A stretch of 64,000 bases of DNA from Chitinophagales bacterium (GTDB lineage: Bacteria > Bacteroidota > Bacteroidia > Chitinophagales > LD1). The translations under genes were made by a program, and so were the position numbers. The stretch is taken from assembly GCA_044225825.1 (NCBI GenBank), contig JBGAIB010000002.1, forward strand, positions 193,660 through 257,659, read 5' to 3'. Under the pieces are notes generated by a model, which did not search any database, was not told the DNA's origin, and saw only the letters and a list, made by a program, of their open reading frames with translations. Below, piece after piece: positions 1 through 9,637 of the stretch (its first letter is position 1; every line of letters begins with the position of its first letter).

Positions 1-197
<197 letters not shown>

Positions 198-328
198 TTA
201 CAATTGGATTAAGCATTAATAAATACGGAATAAGCCGGTGTAGTTCGGGTTTTAAATTTGCCTGGTTTCGCGCCTGCCGGCTTGCATACTCCCTGGCGGA
301 GGTAGACCCCTACACTGAAAAAGAGGCG

Positions 329-336
329 CAAAGATA
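329..336 (-). promoter_or_regulatory. Bacteroidota sigma-A -7 element (TATCTTTG) upstream of rpoC
   Basis: Exact TAnnTTTG match on the minus strand about 135 nt upstream of the rpoC ATG. Confidence 0.6.
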
Positions 337-715
337 ATATAGAAGGGGGTTAATTGCAAGGTACACGTAGTACTATTTGTTAAAAATAATTTTCGGGTAT
401 CCGCTCTAGTTTCAGGTTTCAAGTCTAAAGTTTAAGGTTGAAAGTTGGGGACTGTCCTAAAACCAGGGGGGATCAAAATTTTTTGGGGTGGGGTTACACA
501 CGGTGGGGTTACAAAGTTTTTTGCAACCCATGCTAAGTGCCTGATAATCAATATTCATTTTTGCCCATGGGGTTACACTATGGGTTACAAATTAGATTTT
601 AACATATAAGTGGGGTGGGGGGAAAACTATCGGCTGGGCTGGGCTGGCCTCGGCACCCCAACCCTTTCCTAAGTCTCGTAAAGGAGGACCGCTACCCAGC
701 TCACCAATCACCAAT

Positions 716-1831
716 TCACTGATTTACAGGCTTAAAGGAGACCAGAAATGCATTCCATTCCTGCTCGGTTGGTAAGGCATTGTTGCGTTCCAGCAGCAGG
801 GTGTAAAAACGATGGCCCACCTGAATATCGGCACAGCGGGCATAGCGTTTGGGGCCGGTAAGGGTATTTAGTTGAAAGCCGTAGGTAAAGCCGGGGTATT
901 TGCCCTGGTGCAGGTAAGGTTGCAGGTTCAGCAGGTCGCCGGTGTTGTAAAGGTCCTGTTCAAACTGCAGGGCTTCAAAAACGGTTTGGCTAATCTGTAA
1001 AAGCGGATCGGGGTCGGCTATTTCTTCGTCGCTATAGGTTTTGTAACGTACAAAATAGCCTGTTACAGCCAAGGGTAAACTCAGCAATTCGCTGGGGTGG
1101 TGGCCTTTCAGCAATTTATCGCGACTATCATTCAGTGCAGGTTTTAGCGGAAACCCCACCTGGAACGAATCGCCCTGCCAGGTATAATTAAGCGCGGGTA
1201 AAGCACTGGCCGTGTCACTCTTTATGCAGCGCACCTGCAACATGGTGGTTTTAAAAATCTCGCCGGGCACCGAATCGGGTGGCGACATATTGAAGGCTAA
1301 CGCACGTAAGGAGTCGGATTGATCTGCACTCCAGAAAAACGCACCGAGGGCTTTTGTCCAGTCGCCGGGTTGCACTTTCCAATCGCTGAGCTTTTGAGCA
1401 TTCTCCTTCGGTACGTCGCGATTGTAATCGAATACATCGGCCTTTTGATACAAGGCGTGTACCAGTGCCTCCCAATCGGCTTGCAGGGGTACATGGTAAC
1501 TTTCGGGTGCTAAACCACGCGGGTCGGCAACGGCATACCAGTTATACAGCCGTGTTTTGCCATCGGGCGCATAACACCATCCCCCGGTTTTAAGTGCAGC
1601 AAATTGCATGGCGTCCTTTATCTCAGGTATTTCATCGCCATTGCGGTAATGCGTTACACTTAAACTGCTGCCCAGCCAGGTTTGGGTATTGGCCCACAAC
1701 CATGTTTTGTGTTGTGTTTTTACTTCGTTGTAGGTGTTGCCATCCTGGTCCTTTACCTTTTGTGCTTGCAGTTGCAAGGCCAGTAGTGCCAGCAGTGCCG
1801 GCAGTAGGTACTTGTGCCTCCATGTTTTCAT
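716..1831 (-). CDS. Secreted FISUMP-domain protein (Fibrobacter succinogenes major paralogous domain)
   Basis: Signal peptide; motifs VKDQDGNTY, LSVTHYRNGDEIP, LYNWYAVADPRGLAP..HVP. Start moved to MKTW. Confidence 0.8.
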   Translation of the reverse strand: MKTWRHKYLLPALLALLALQLQAQKVKDQDGNTYNEVKTQHKTWLWANTQTWLGSSLSVTHYRNGDEIPEIKDAMQFAALKTGGWCYAPDGKTRLYNWYAVADPRGLAPESYHVPLQADWEALVHALYQKADVFDYNRDVPKENAQKLSDWKVQPGDWTKALGAFFWSADQSDSLRALAFNMSPPDSVPGEIFKTTMLQVRCIKSDTASALPALNYTWQGDSFQVGFPLKPALNDSRDKLLKGHHPSELLSLPLAVTGYFVRYKTYSDEEIADPDPLLQISQTVFEALQFEQDLYNTGDLLNLQPYLHQGKYPGFTYGFQLNTLTGPKRYARCADIQVGHRFYTLLLERNNALPTEQEWNAFLVSFKPVNQ

Positions 1832-2247
1832 ATTGCAAAGTAAGGGAGTTGTTAGCTGCAATGAAAGTGATAGAGGTCAGGTGGTTTAGTTTAAAGCTGT
1901 CCCACTTATGCGCAGCAATTTTAGATCTACCTATCCCTAACGTACTAATTAATATTTAGCCTTTTCAACGAACAGCGCAAACCCAAAGTTGTCCTCCTGA
2001 CAGGAGGACGAGGCATGCGCTGAAGTTGAGCCCTTGCGCGGCGCGCTTTGCCGGAGGTGGTCGAGAATCATTACTAGAAGAGAATATTAAAGCCCAATCA
2101 CCCCCTCCGAAAAAACAAAGCTATTCAAGTGCCGCGCAGTAATGTTTTTTCTCGTCCCCCTCGGCCAAGGCATAAATGGCCAGTGCAAGGGGGACAGCTA
2201 TAGTGCTTTTTGAGCAAGTAGAAGATAGATTTTGCCATTGACTGCCT

Positions 2248-2590
2248 CGCAACCTACTAACTTCCGTCCCGAAGTTTCGGGAGGAAGAACCGCAACGCAG
2301 GGCCTCCTTTTCAAGCGGCATTCTGCATTCTAAAATCTAAAATCCGCCAACGCAACCTACTAACTTCCTACAGGAAGAACCGTTACCCAGGGCCTCGCAA
2401 CCCACTAACTTCCTTTCCGACGCCTCGGAAGGGAGAACCGCCAGGCAATGCTACGCAACCTACTAACTTCCGACCGGAAGAACCGCCACCCAGGGCCTCT
2501 TTTTCAATCAGCATTCTGCATTCTAAAATCTAAAATGCCGGCAACGCAACCTACTAACTTCCGACCGGAAGAACCGCCACCCAGTTTACT
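2248..2590. repeat. Array of five CGCAACCTACTAACTTCC-(variable)-GGAAGAACCG hairpin units
   Basis: 18-nt core at 2248, 2351, 2396 (one mismatch), 2454 and 2545; CTTCC pairs with the following GGAAG (GGGAG in copy 3). Confidence 0.9.
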
Positions 2591-2752
2591 CTCCAATTAT
2601 CATTCCGCGGGCTACGCAACTTCAGCCCTAAAGAGAGGGCTACGCAGTTCACAAATCAGCAAATAATAACCTAAGGCATAAGGCACATGTGATGACTATC
2701 ATGTATAAGGCTGACAAAGAAATTTACCTTCGCCGCCTTAAAACCAGCCAAC

Positions 2753-3331
2753 ATGAGTTTAGAGAATACCCTGCGCGCCCGTGCCAATAACCAGTGCGAA
2801 CTTTGCAAAAGCACCGAAAATCTGACTGTTTATAATATACCTCCTAACTCGGATGAACGTCCGGAAGATAGTTTGCTGGTTTGCGAGAAATGCAGCAAGC
2901 AGCTAAACAAAAAAGAAGAATTAGATGCTGCCCACTGGGCTTGCTTAACCGAAAGCATGTGGAGCGAGGTGCCTGCCGTGCAGGTAGTAAGCTGGCGTAT
3001 GTTAAACCGCCTGCGTAACGAAACCTGGGCTTCGGATGCTATTGATCAACTGTATCTGGATGATGATAACCTGGCCTGGGCCAAGGCCACCGGCGACCAT
3101 GAGAATAGCAGCGAAGTAGAGTTGCACCGCGATAGCAATGGCACGGTGTTGCAGGACGGCGATAATGTGGTATTAATTAAAACCCTGGATGTAAAAGGCA
3201 GCACCTTAAAAGCTACCTTAGGCACAGTGGTAAAAGGCATTCGCTTAGTGCAGGACAATGTGGAACAGATTGAAGGCAAAATTGAAGGGCAAACGATTGT
3301 AATACTTACGAAGTATTTGAGGAAGAATTAG
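2753..3331 (+). CDS. PhnA/YjdM-domain zinc-ribbon protein
   Basis: CELC and CEKC zinc motifs; C-terminal DSNGTVLQDGDNVVLIKTLDVKG PhnA signature. Confidence 0.88.
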   Translation: MSLENTLRARANNQCELCKSTENLTVYNIPPNSDERPEDSLLVCEKCSKQLNKKEELDAAHWACLTESMWSEVPAVQVVSWRMLNRLRNETWASDAIDQLYLDDDNLAWAKATGDHENSSEVELHRDSNGTVLQDGDNVVLIKTLDVKGSTLKATLGTVVKGIRLVQDNVEQIEGKIEGQTIVILTKYLRKN

Positions 3332-3704
3332 GGGTTAGTAAGGTTAACATCGAGGTTAAATGGGGGATAAACAATTGATGGATTTTTATCCTGTTTAAGC
3401 CCATGTATCGTATGTTAATCCTCCATCTGAAACCATATCCCGATTTCATTGATAGGGGGCAAAGCGAGTGCCACCATCCTCGGGGAACGTGCGCTTATGT
3501 GTTCATTTTTTTAGCCTATAGGGGTGATATTTAATTGACTATAAGGTTTTTATAAATTATTCAAATATGAACAACATCATGTAATTCATATTAACATTAC
3601 ACTCCGTACATTATTGTAAAGTTTTATCTTAGCGCTAGCCACTGAAGAATTTGCTTTTGCGTTTTTCAACATGTTTCCACAATTTAAATGATTTTTTTAT
3701 TAGG

Positions 3705-4934
3705 ATGAAGGATACAATACGCCTTGCGGTCATAAGCGACATTCACTGTCACATTAAAAACAGGAAAGCCTTGGACGGGAAAGAGATTGGTGATGTTTCA
3801 TTTTTAACGACATCCACAGCTCGATTTCCACCTAAGCAAAACCCAGTGCAATCTATTCTAGACTTAATTAAAGAAAGAAAGCTAACTGCTGATTTTGTTC
3901 TAGCCCCAGGAGATTTCGCTGATAAAATAGACGAATCTGGGTTTCGTCATGCATGGACCGAAGTTGTTGAAATCGCAGAAGCGCTAGGTGTTTCGAAGGA
4001 TAAAGTAATCTCAACCATCGGAAATCACGATGTAAATTCAAGAGAAGCTGGAAAGGAAGACGTATTCCGATTTGCACGTAATATGCATCCGTTATTCCCT
4101 TTTGCAAGTTCTGCCGAGAAGGCAAAATTTTGGGATAATGGTTATGCAATTTTAAATTTTTCTGAATTAGACTTTTGCGTTCTTGTAATTAATAGTTCAC
4201 ACCACCACTATTCATTACCAGAAGCTCGCCAAGGAAAATTTGATGACCGGAGCCTAGCTTTACTTGAAGAAGACATGAAAAAATATGGGGGCGTTAAATA
4301 CAAATTGGCTATGTCCCATCATCACCCTATACCGCATGAAGAAAAGAACGGTGGAGCAACGGATAAGATGATAGGAGGAGATGTGCTACTAACCTTTTTA
4401 GAAAAAAACTCCTTCAAATATTTTGTGCATGGACATAAACATGATCCAAGAATTGCATATTCAAACCATGGACCTGATGCTCTCATGGTGTTTGCAGCCG
4501 GATCATTTTCTCGACATGCGTATTCAGACCTATCTGGAATGCTAAACACCTTTCATATATTAAATCTCGAAACTACAACCAAAATCAATTGTAATCACCA
4601 AGGCACGATTGAAACATTCACATATGCGCCGAGTTTTGGTTTTGACCACAAAGACAATCTCTACTTTCCCGCGACAGCCGGTTTCGGATGTAGCTTACCT
4701 ATTGAAAAACTCGCAGAAATGCTGTCCTCTTATTTGAAAACTGAATCCCCAGCCTTTGATACAGGTACAGCCAAAGCCTTTGAATGGTATAAAGTGCTTG
4801 CAAAATTTCCTGAAATCAGTTATATGTCACCTCTTACTTTTGAAAACTTTGGCAAATACTGCTATGATAAATATCAAATCAAATTCAAGCATCAATTGCC
4901 TGAAAGACCAGAAATGATTCACTTGCTAAAATAA
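3705..4934 (+). CDS. Calcineurin-like metallophosphoesterase
   Basis: Complete motif set SDIH, GD, GNHD, HH, HGHKH; start taken at MKDTIR. Confidence 0.9.
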   Translation: MKDTIRLAVISDIHCHIKNRKALDGKEIGDVSFLTTSTARFPPKQNPVQSILDLIKERKLTADFVLAPGDFADKIDESGFRHAWTEVVEIAEALGVSKDKVISTIGNHDVNSREAGKEDVFRFARNMHPLFPFASSAEKAKFWDNGYAILNFSELDFCVLVINSSHHHYSLPEARQGKFDDRSLALLEEDMKKYGGVKYKLAMSHHHPIPHEEKNGGATDKMIGGDVLLTFLEKNSFKYFVHGHKHDPRIAYSNHGPDALMVFAAGSFSRHAYSDLSGMLNTFHILNLETTTKINCNHQGTIETFTYAPSFGFDHKDNLYFPATAGFGCSLPIEKLAEMLSSYLKTESPAFDTGTAKAFEWYKVLAKFPEISYMSPLTFENFGKYCYDKYQIKFKHQLPERPEMIHLLK

Positions 4935-4943
4935 GCATACAAC

Positions 4944-6986
4944 ATGGAAAGAAACATTTCGCTATATGACACCAACAATGCTAAATTTATGACCCTTGAG
5001 CAGGTTGGAGAAACCTTTGTTTCGCACAGCACCTTTGCAAAATTGGCGAAAAACAAACACTCCCTCATATTAGGCCCCCGCGGTAGCGGCAAAACCACTT
5101 TTATGAAAATGTTAACTCTGCCAGCATTAAAAAAGTGGGACACGAGGGAGGACAAGTTTTTAGCGATAAAAGAAGGTCTAAACTTTATTTCAATTTATAT
5201 TCCTGCGGACTTAATTTGGGAAAAAGAAACAAAAGAAATTTCACGACTGATTGGTCGTTACCCTGCATTTCTAAGTAAGACTCTTTCAGCAATATTTAAT
5301 ATTTCAATCCTAAGCAATTTTACCAGAACCGTCCAGGATTTTTTCCAAGTAAAGAATGCAACCAACGACTATGCTCGCGCTGCTCCAATAGTTGAACGTA
5401 TGATAAGAGAATGGGGGTTGAGCACTAGCTTGGATAGAGATTTTAAAAGCGTACTAGCAGAACTAGGTTCATGGCTAAATTTGATTCACAAAAGCTGTAG
5501 TGCGCTTGAATATTCAAACCTTAAGGATCATGAGATAGAAAGACCCCACTTTTACCATTTAGACTACCTAAAGTGCCTAGAACCTGTTTGCATTATTTTT
5601 GACAAGACTTGGGAGTTGTCCAATGATAGCAAATGGGCTCTTTGTTTTGATGAGTTAGAAATTGTTCCTGAAGAAATAGTTAAAGACCTATTCACTGAAT
5701 TGCGAAATCCACCTGCCAGATTTCTCTATAAATTGAGCACATGCCCGATACCAAACTTGACACCCACTATAGAGTATGGGGCAAATCAAATGGACGAATA
5801 CGATGTTATAAAGATGTGGCCTAAAGCAATATCTAATAAGGAAACTTACGATACACAGGAGGACTCGGAGGGATACCAGAACTTTTGCTACAAATTGGCC
5901 TTATTCCGCTTTAAAAGTCAATTGTCAAAAAAGTACAACTACCCAAATGAGGAGATAGATTCATTAAGATTAGAAGATTTTTTAGGCAATTTTGATTATT
6001 GGAACGTTTTACAGGGCTATATATCTTCGTTAGATGGTAAAAAATTAGGTGTCCATAAAAATCAGCGCCATCTTGACAATGGTCCCACGAAAGATGATTT
6101 TAAACGAAATGAATTAGGATGGTTGGCCTTTAGAGAGTTGGCGGAATGGGATTCTGACTTCAAAATATATCTTATAGATAATGGTATAAACCCTAACGAT
6201 CCTAAGCCAATTACGATGAAAATCAGAACACAAATTCATCGAAAGCTAAAACAAGTGGTTTTTAATAGATTAATATTTACATACCGTAACAATAAACAGC
6301 CTAGATATAATATCCCTAGAGGCGACATCCAATTTAAAAGAATTAAAAATATTCCTTTCTACCATGGAGTTAAAACACTTATAAATATCGTTGATGGGAA
6401 CCCCAGATATTTACTTGGTGTTGTAGATGAACTGATAGATGAGCTCATGTCGCCAACAAATGGAAACAGCATTGGCCGCAAATTTAAAGCAATAGGGGCA
6501 CTTCGGCAGAATGAGATAATCGCTAAAGTTTCTGATAAGTTTTACAGTAAAATAAGTTCGATACCTGTCAAACTAGCAGTTACACCAGCATTCACTAAAC
6601 ACAAATTATATAACAAACATTTGTCTTTTTTAGTAACCGAAATTGGAAAAACGATAAGTCATCAAATCAATATAGCCCAAATTAAAGGTGAACCTTATGG
6701 GTCGATAACAATTGATAGCACTGCACAAAAAGACCCCAATTTGGTTGACCTCATTAAAATTGGCATTAACTGGGGGGCTTTTATTCTGGTAACTGATGAT
6801 GAAAAAGAAAACTACAGTGAGGTAGCGGGCAAAAGAATTAGATTGGCATATCTTTTAGCCCCAAAGTTCAAATTACCACTAAGGTTGTATAATTCATTTC
6901 CTTTAACAGATTGTCTTCATTTAAATGAAACAATTACCGCACCACAACAATCAGTTTTAAACTTTAACGAGCTCAATGGAAATTAA
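4944..6986 (+). CDS. P-loop ATPase, ORC/CDC6-like or STAND-like
   Basis: Walker A GPRGSGKTT, Walker B LCFDELE, downstream DGNPRYLL (GxP) motif. Confidence 0.8.
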   Translation: MERNISLYDTNNAKFMTLEQVGETFVSHSTFAKLAKNKHSLILGPRGSGKTTFMKMLTLPALKKWDTREDKFLAIKEGLNFISIYIPADLIWEKETKEISRLIGRYPAFLSKTLSAIFNISILSNFTRTVQDFFQVKNATNDYARAAPIVERMIREWGLSTSLDRDFKSVLAELGSWLNLIHKSCSALEYSNLKDHEIERPHFYHLDYLKCLEPVCIIFDKTWELSNDSKWALCFDELEIVPEEIVKDLFTELRNPPARFLYKLSTCPIPNLTPTIEYGANQMDEYDVIKMWPKAISNKETYDTQEDSEGYQNFCYKLALFRFKSQLSKKYNYPNEEIDSLRLEDFLGNFDYWNVLQGYISSLDGKKLGVHKNQRHLDNGPTKDDFKRNELGWLAFRELAEWDSDFKIYLIDNGINPNDPKPITMKIRTQIHRKLKQVVFNRLIFTYRNNKQPRYNIPRGDIQFKRIKNIPFYHGVKTLINIVDGNPRYLLGVVDELIDELMSPTNGNSIGRKFKAIGALRQNEIIAKVSDKFYSKISSIPVKLAVTPAFTKHKLYNKHLSFLVTEIGKTISHQINIAQIKGEPYGSITIDSTAQKDPNLVDLIKIGINWGAFILVTDDEKENYSEVAGKRIRLAYLLAPKFKLPLRLYNSFPLTDCLHLNETITAPQQSVLNFNELNGN

Positions 6987-7941
6987 AAACACACAACAAC
7001 TTTATGTTGATGACCTGTTTGCCATGGATTTTGATTTACTTTTATGCGCTTCAGGTGTAGAAAAGCGAGGGCCTTATTTTGCGGAAAAATATGGGAGTAA
7101 GATTAATGCAAAGAAACGAATAGCCCTAGCCTACACTGATCGAGAGATTTTGATGAATCAAAAGAATAGGAGCGCTTTCATCAGGTACGGCTTTGATCTA
7201 TTGGATAGCAAGGGTGAAACATTAAATGAAGTCCTTTCAATTGCAAAAGACCTCCTTAAGCTTCCTAAGTCGGAAATAAATGTATTAATAGATTACTCAT
7301 CAATGACCAAAATATGGTATGGCGGGTTATTAAATACCCTGCTTTCCACTGAAACAAATAAAAAAATTAATCTCTTCTATACTTATACACCTGCTTTACA
7401 TGAAAAGGTTAGCGAAGAACATCCTAACGCTTACATAGATATTTTACCGGGATATTCACGTTTGACCTTGCCAAACGAAAAAAGAATTCTATTAATAGGT
7501 CTAGGTCAAGAAAAAGTTCGCGCAATTGGGTTAGTAGAATACTTAGAAATAAACAATGGCGATATATTCCTTTTTCACTCTGATAATAAATTTAACTCGG
7601 CAATTGCTAACGAAGTCTATAAAAAGAATTCTGATCTAATAAAAACGGTATCACGCAATAGGGTCTTAAAATATGACATAAACGATATGAAGGCGGTTGA
7701 ATCCACTCTCATGGCTATATGCTATAAAACGAATCTGGACAATCCGCTTAGTGGTATATCCTTGGCTCCTTTAGGTCCCAAGCCATTCGCTTTAATCTGT
7801 ATGGTTGTTGCCAAGAAACTTGATAATGTCAAGGTCTTTCGTATTGGAGCTGGTGAGCAGGGGTCTCCTGCAAAACGTTACCCTGATACTACCAAGCGCC
7901 CGATTGTGTACAAAATTATCATTGCTCCAAACGTAAATTAG
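6976..7941 (+). CDS. Hypothetical protein, probable tandem Rossmann-like (CARF/DUF6293-like) fold
   Basis: 321-aa ORF overlapping the ATPase end; repeated GxE..R strands, IDYSSM and LAPLGPKPF motifs; the fold is inferred. Confidence 0.6.
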   Translation: MEIKNTQQLYVDDLFAMDFDLLLCASGVEKRGPYFAEKYGSKINAKKRIALAYTDREILMNQKNRSAFIRYGFDLLDSKGETLNEVLSIAKDLLKLPKSEINVLIDYSSMTKIWYGGLLNTLLSTETNKKINLFYTYTPALHEKVSEEHPNAYIDILPGYSRLTLPNEKRILLIGLGQEKVRAIGLVEYLEINNGDIFLFHSDNKFNSAIANEVYKKNSDLIKTVSRNRVLKYDINDMKAVESTLMAICYKTNLDNPLSGISLAPLGPKPFALICMVVAKKLDNVKVFRIGAGEQGSPAKRYPDTTKRPIVYKIIIAPNVN

Positions 7942-8767
7942 TAATTAGATATTCTTTGGTCTGCTGTCGACTCGCTCCGGCGCCTCCAATGGTGTTGGCT
8001 TTTGAAAGCACTTTAAATTGTCCGACCTTTCGGTAACACTCTCTAATCCAAGGATTATATGCATTGGTCATTATAAAATAGACATTTTCACCATTCAGCA
8101 CCTCTAATAGATTTGCCAAATCAATCTGGTCTGCCAGCGAAAAAGTCTTCTTATTATATTGAATAAATTTTTTATCCTTTGACGGGATAGCATAAGGGGG
8201 ATCAATGAAAATTAGATCTCCAGCTTTTACTCTCTTTAATGAGTCACGAAAATCACAGGAATCCAAGCCAACGCCTTTAAGTCGCGCAGAGGCATTTAAA
8301 ATTGCTTCTTCGTTAACTAGTTCGATATTTCTAAACCCATATGGGACATTATATAGCCCATCTGAATTTTCTCTATAAATACCATTAAAGGATGTCCTAT
8401 TCAAATAAATGAATTGCGCCGCCTGTTCATATGGATCTTTGTACTTCCTTTGTCTAATTTTATAATAGTAAACTTCCGTGTTCTTGTAATTGCCCAATAT
8501 ATCCAGAATTAATTGTGGATTATCTCTTACACATCTGTAGGTATTTATTAAATTCTGATTTATGTCAGATAGGTACGCAGCGGACTTGCTCAAGCTAAAA
8601 AAAACCGCCCCTGATCCTAAAAAAGGTTCATGATATGTGCCAAATTTTGAAGGAGCAATCCTTTTAAATTCCTTAATGAACCAAGATTTGCCGCCAGCCC
8701 ACCTGAGAAATGGCTTGCCTGGTTCATCTTCAGAAAAAAAACTCATTTGCCCTCTGTTTGCAGTCAT
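7919..8767 (-). CDS. Dam-family (D12 class) N6-adenine DNA methyltransferase
   Basis: KPFLRWAGGKS, EPFLGSGAVF, LSDIN and catalytic DPPY; start uncertain (8746, 8767 or 8857). Confidence 0.92.
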   Translation of the reverse strand: MTANRGQMSFFSEDEPGKPFLRWAGGKSWFIKEFKRIAPSKFGTYHEPFLGSGAVFFSLSKSAAYLSDINQNLINTYRCVRDNPQLILDILGNYKNTEVYYYKIRQRKYKDPYEQAAQFIYLNRTSFNGIYRENSDGLYNVPYGFRNIELVNEEAILNASARLKGVGLDSCDFRDSLKRVKAGDLIFIDPPYAIPSKDKKFIQYNKKTFSLADQIDLANLLEVLNGENVYFIMTNAYNPWIRECYRKVGQFKVLSKANTIGGAGASRQQTKEYLITNLRLEQ

Positions 8768-8916
8768 AACATAAACAAAATTAAGAGAGCTGTTGACAAT
8801 TACTTTGCCAGATATCCACGTCCAAACACGTAAGAAGTCTATCTCATTTGTGCCCATTGTTTGGCTAATCAGCCACCCGTAAAAAGAGACTAAGCCTGTT
8901 CTCGTATCGCGGAATT

Positions 8917-9351
8917 CTATTCTGCCTCCTCTGGTGCAAACTTAAATGTCATGCTTACCTCTACACCATCTTGCTTTTCCTTCCGCTGAACTTCCAGCAG
9001 GTTTTTATTAAGTAAAACCACTTTCCATTTCTCCTTGTCCTCACCTTCCGGCTTCAAGGTCAACACTGTACCATCGTCGTTTATCCGCCACTCTCCCTTT
9101 GCCTTATCCGTATATCTAGGGTGTCCGTAATCTTCCGGAAACATAAATTCGTAGTCTCCGTCCTCATCCAGTTCCAGATACACCTCAAATTTCTTACCAT
9201 CGGAAGTGGGCGGCACTTCGTCCACCTTAATAGTTACTCCGGCTACCACAATTTCCTTAGCCAGCCATTTACGGGTAATTAGCTTTTTCTTGTCGGTGCA
9301 GGAGGCAAGTGCCAACGTGGTGAGGAATAAAAGGAGCAAACGATTTTTCAT
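8917..9351 (-). CDS. Lipocalin-like lipoprotein
   Basis: Lipobox LASC; beta-strand pattern LITRKW..GEWRINDDGTVLTL. Confidence 0.65.
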   Translation of the reverse strand: MKNRLLLLFLTTLALASCTDKKKLITRKWLAKEIVVAGVTIKVDEVPPTSDGKKFEVYLELDEDGDYEFMFPEDYGHPRYTDKAKGEWRINDDGTVLTLKPEGEDKEKWKVVLLNKNLLEVQRKEKQDGVEVSMTFKFAPEEAE

Positions 9352-9637
9352 AGCGGGTTTTGGGGTGGAGTATATTCAAATATATAAAAATGTCGTTTTT
9401 ATACCTTACTTTAATTATTGTCATTACAGGCGCTTTTCAGTCCTACCTAAGACTTTAGAAGGAAGGGGGGCACCTGCTCCGTATTTAAGCTTAGCAGCGA
9501 AAGAGGTCATCCGAGGATATAGTGCCGCAATTTTGTTAATTAAGAAATCTTTTTTGAAACTTACTATCCTTTTGTATACCTTTACCGTACGGTTCTTTGA
9601 CATACTATCCTGCCGCACTCAAATCGGAAGGATCTCA

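Noticed and set aside
2248-2590. CRISPR array
   Set aside because: Spacing is irregular (45-103 nt), the spacers resemble each other, and no cas genes are in the window
2448-2666. 72-aa ORF, and 2121..2321 on the minus strand
   Set aside because: Both run through the repeat array and show no protein motif
3705-8767. Classical type II restriction-modification pair
   Set aside because: None of the three plus-strand proteins shows a recognisable PD-(D/E)xK or HNH nuclease motif
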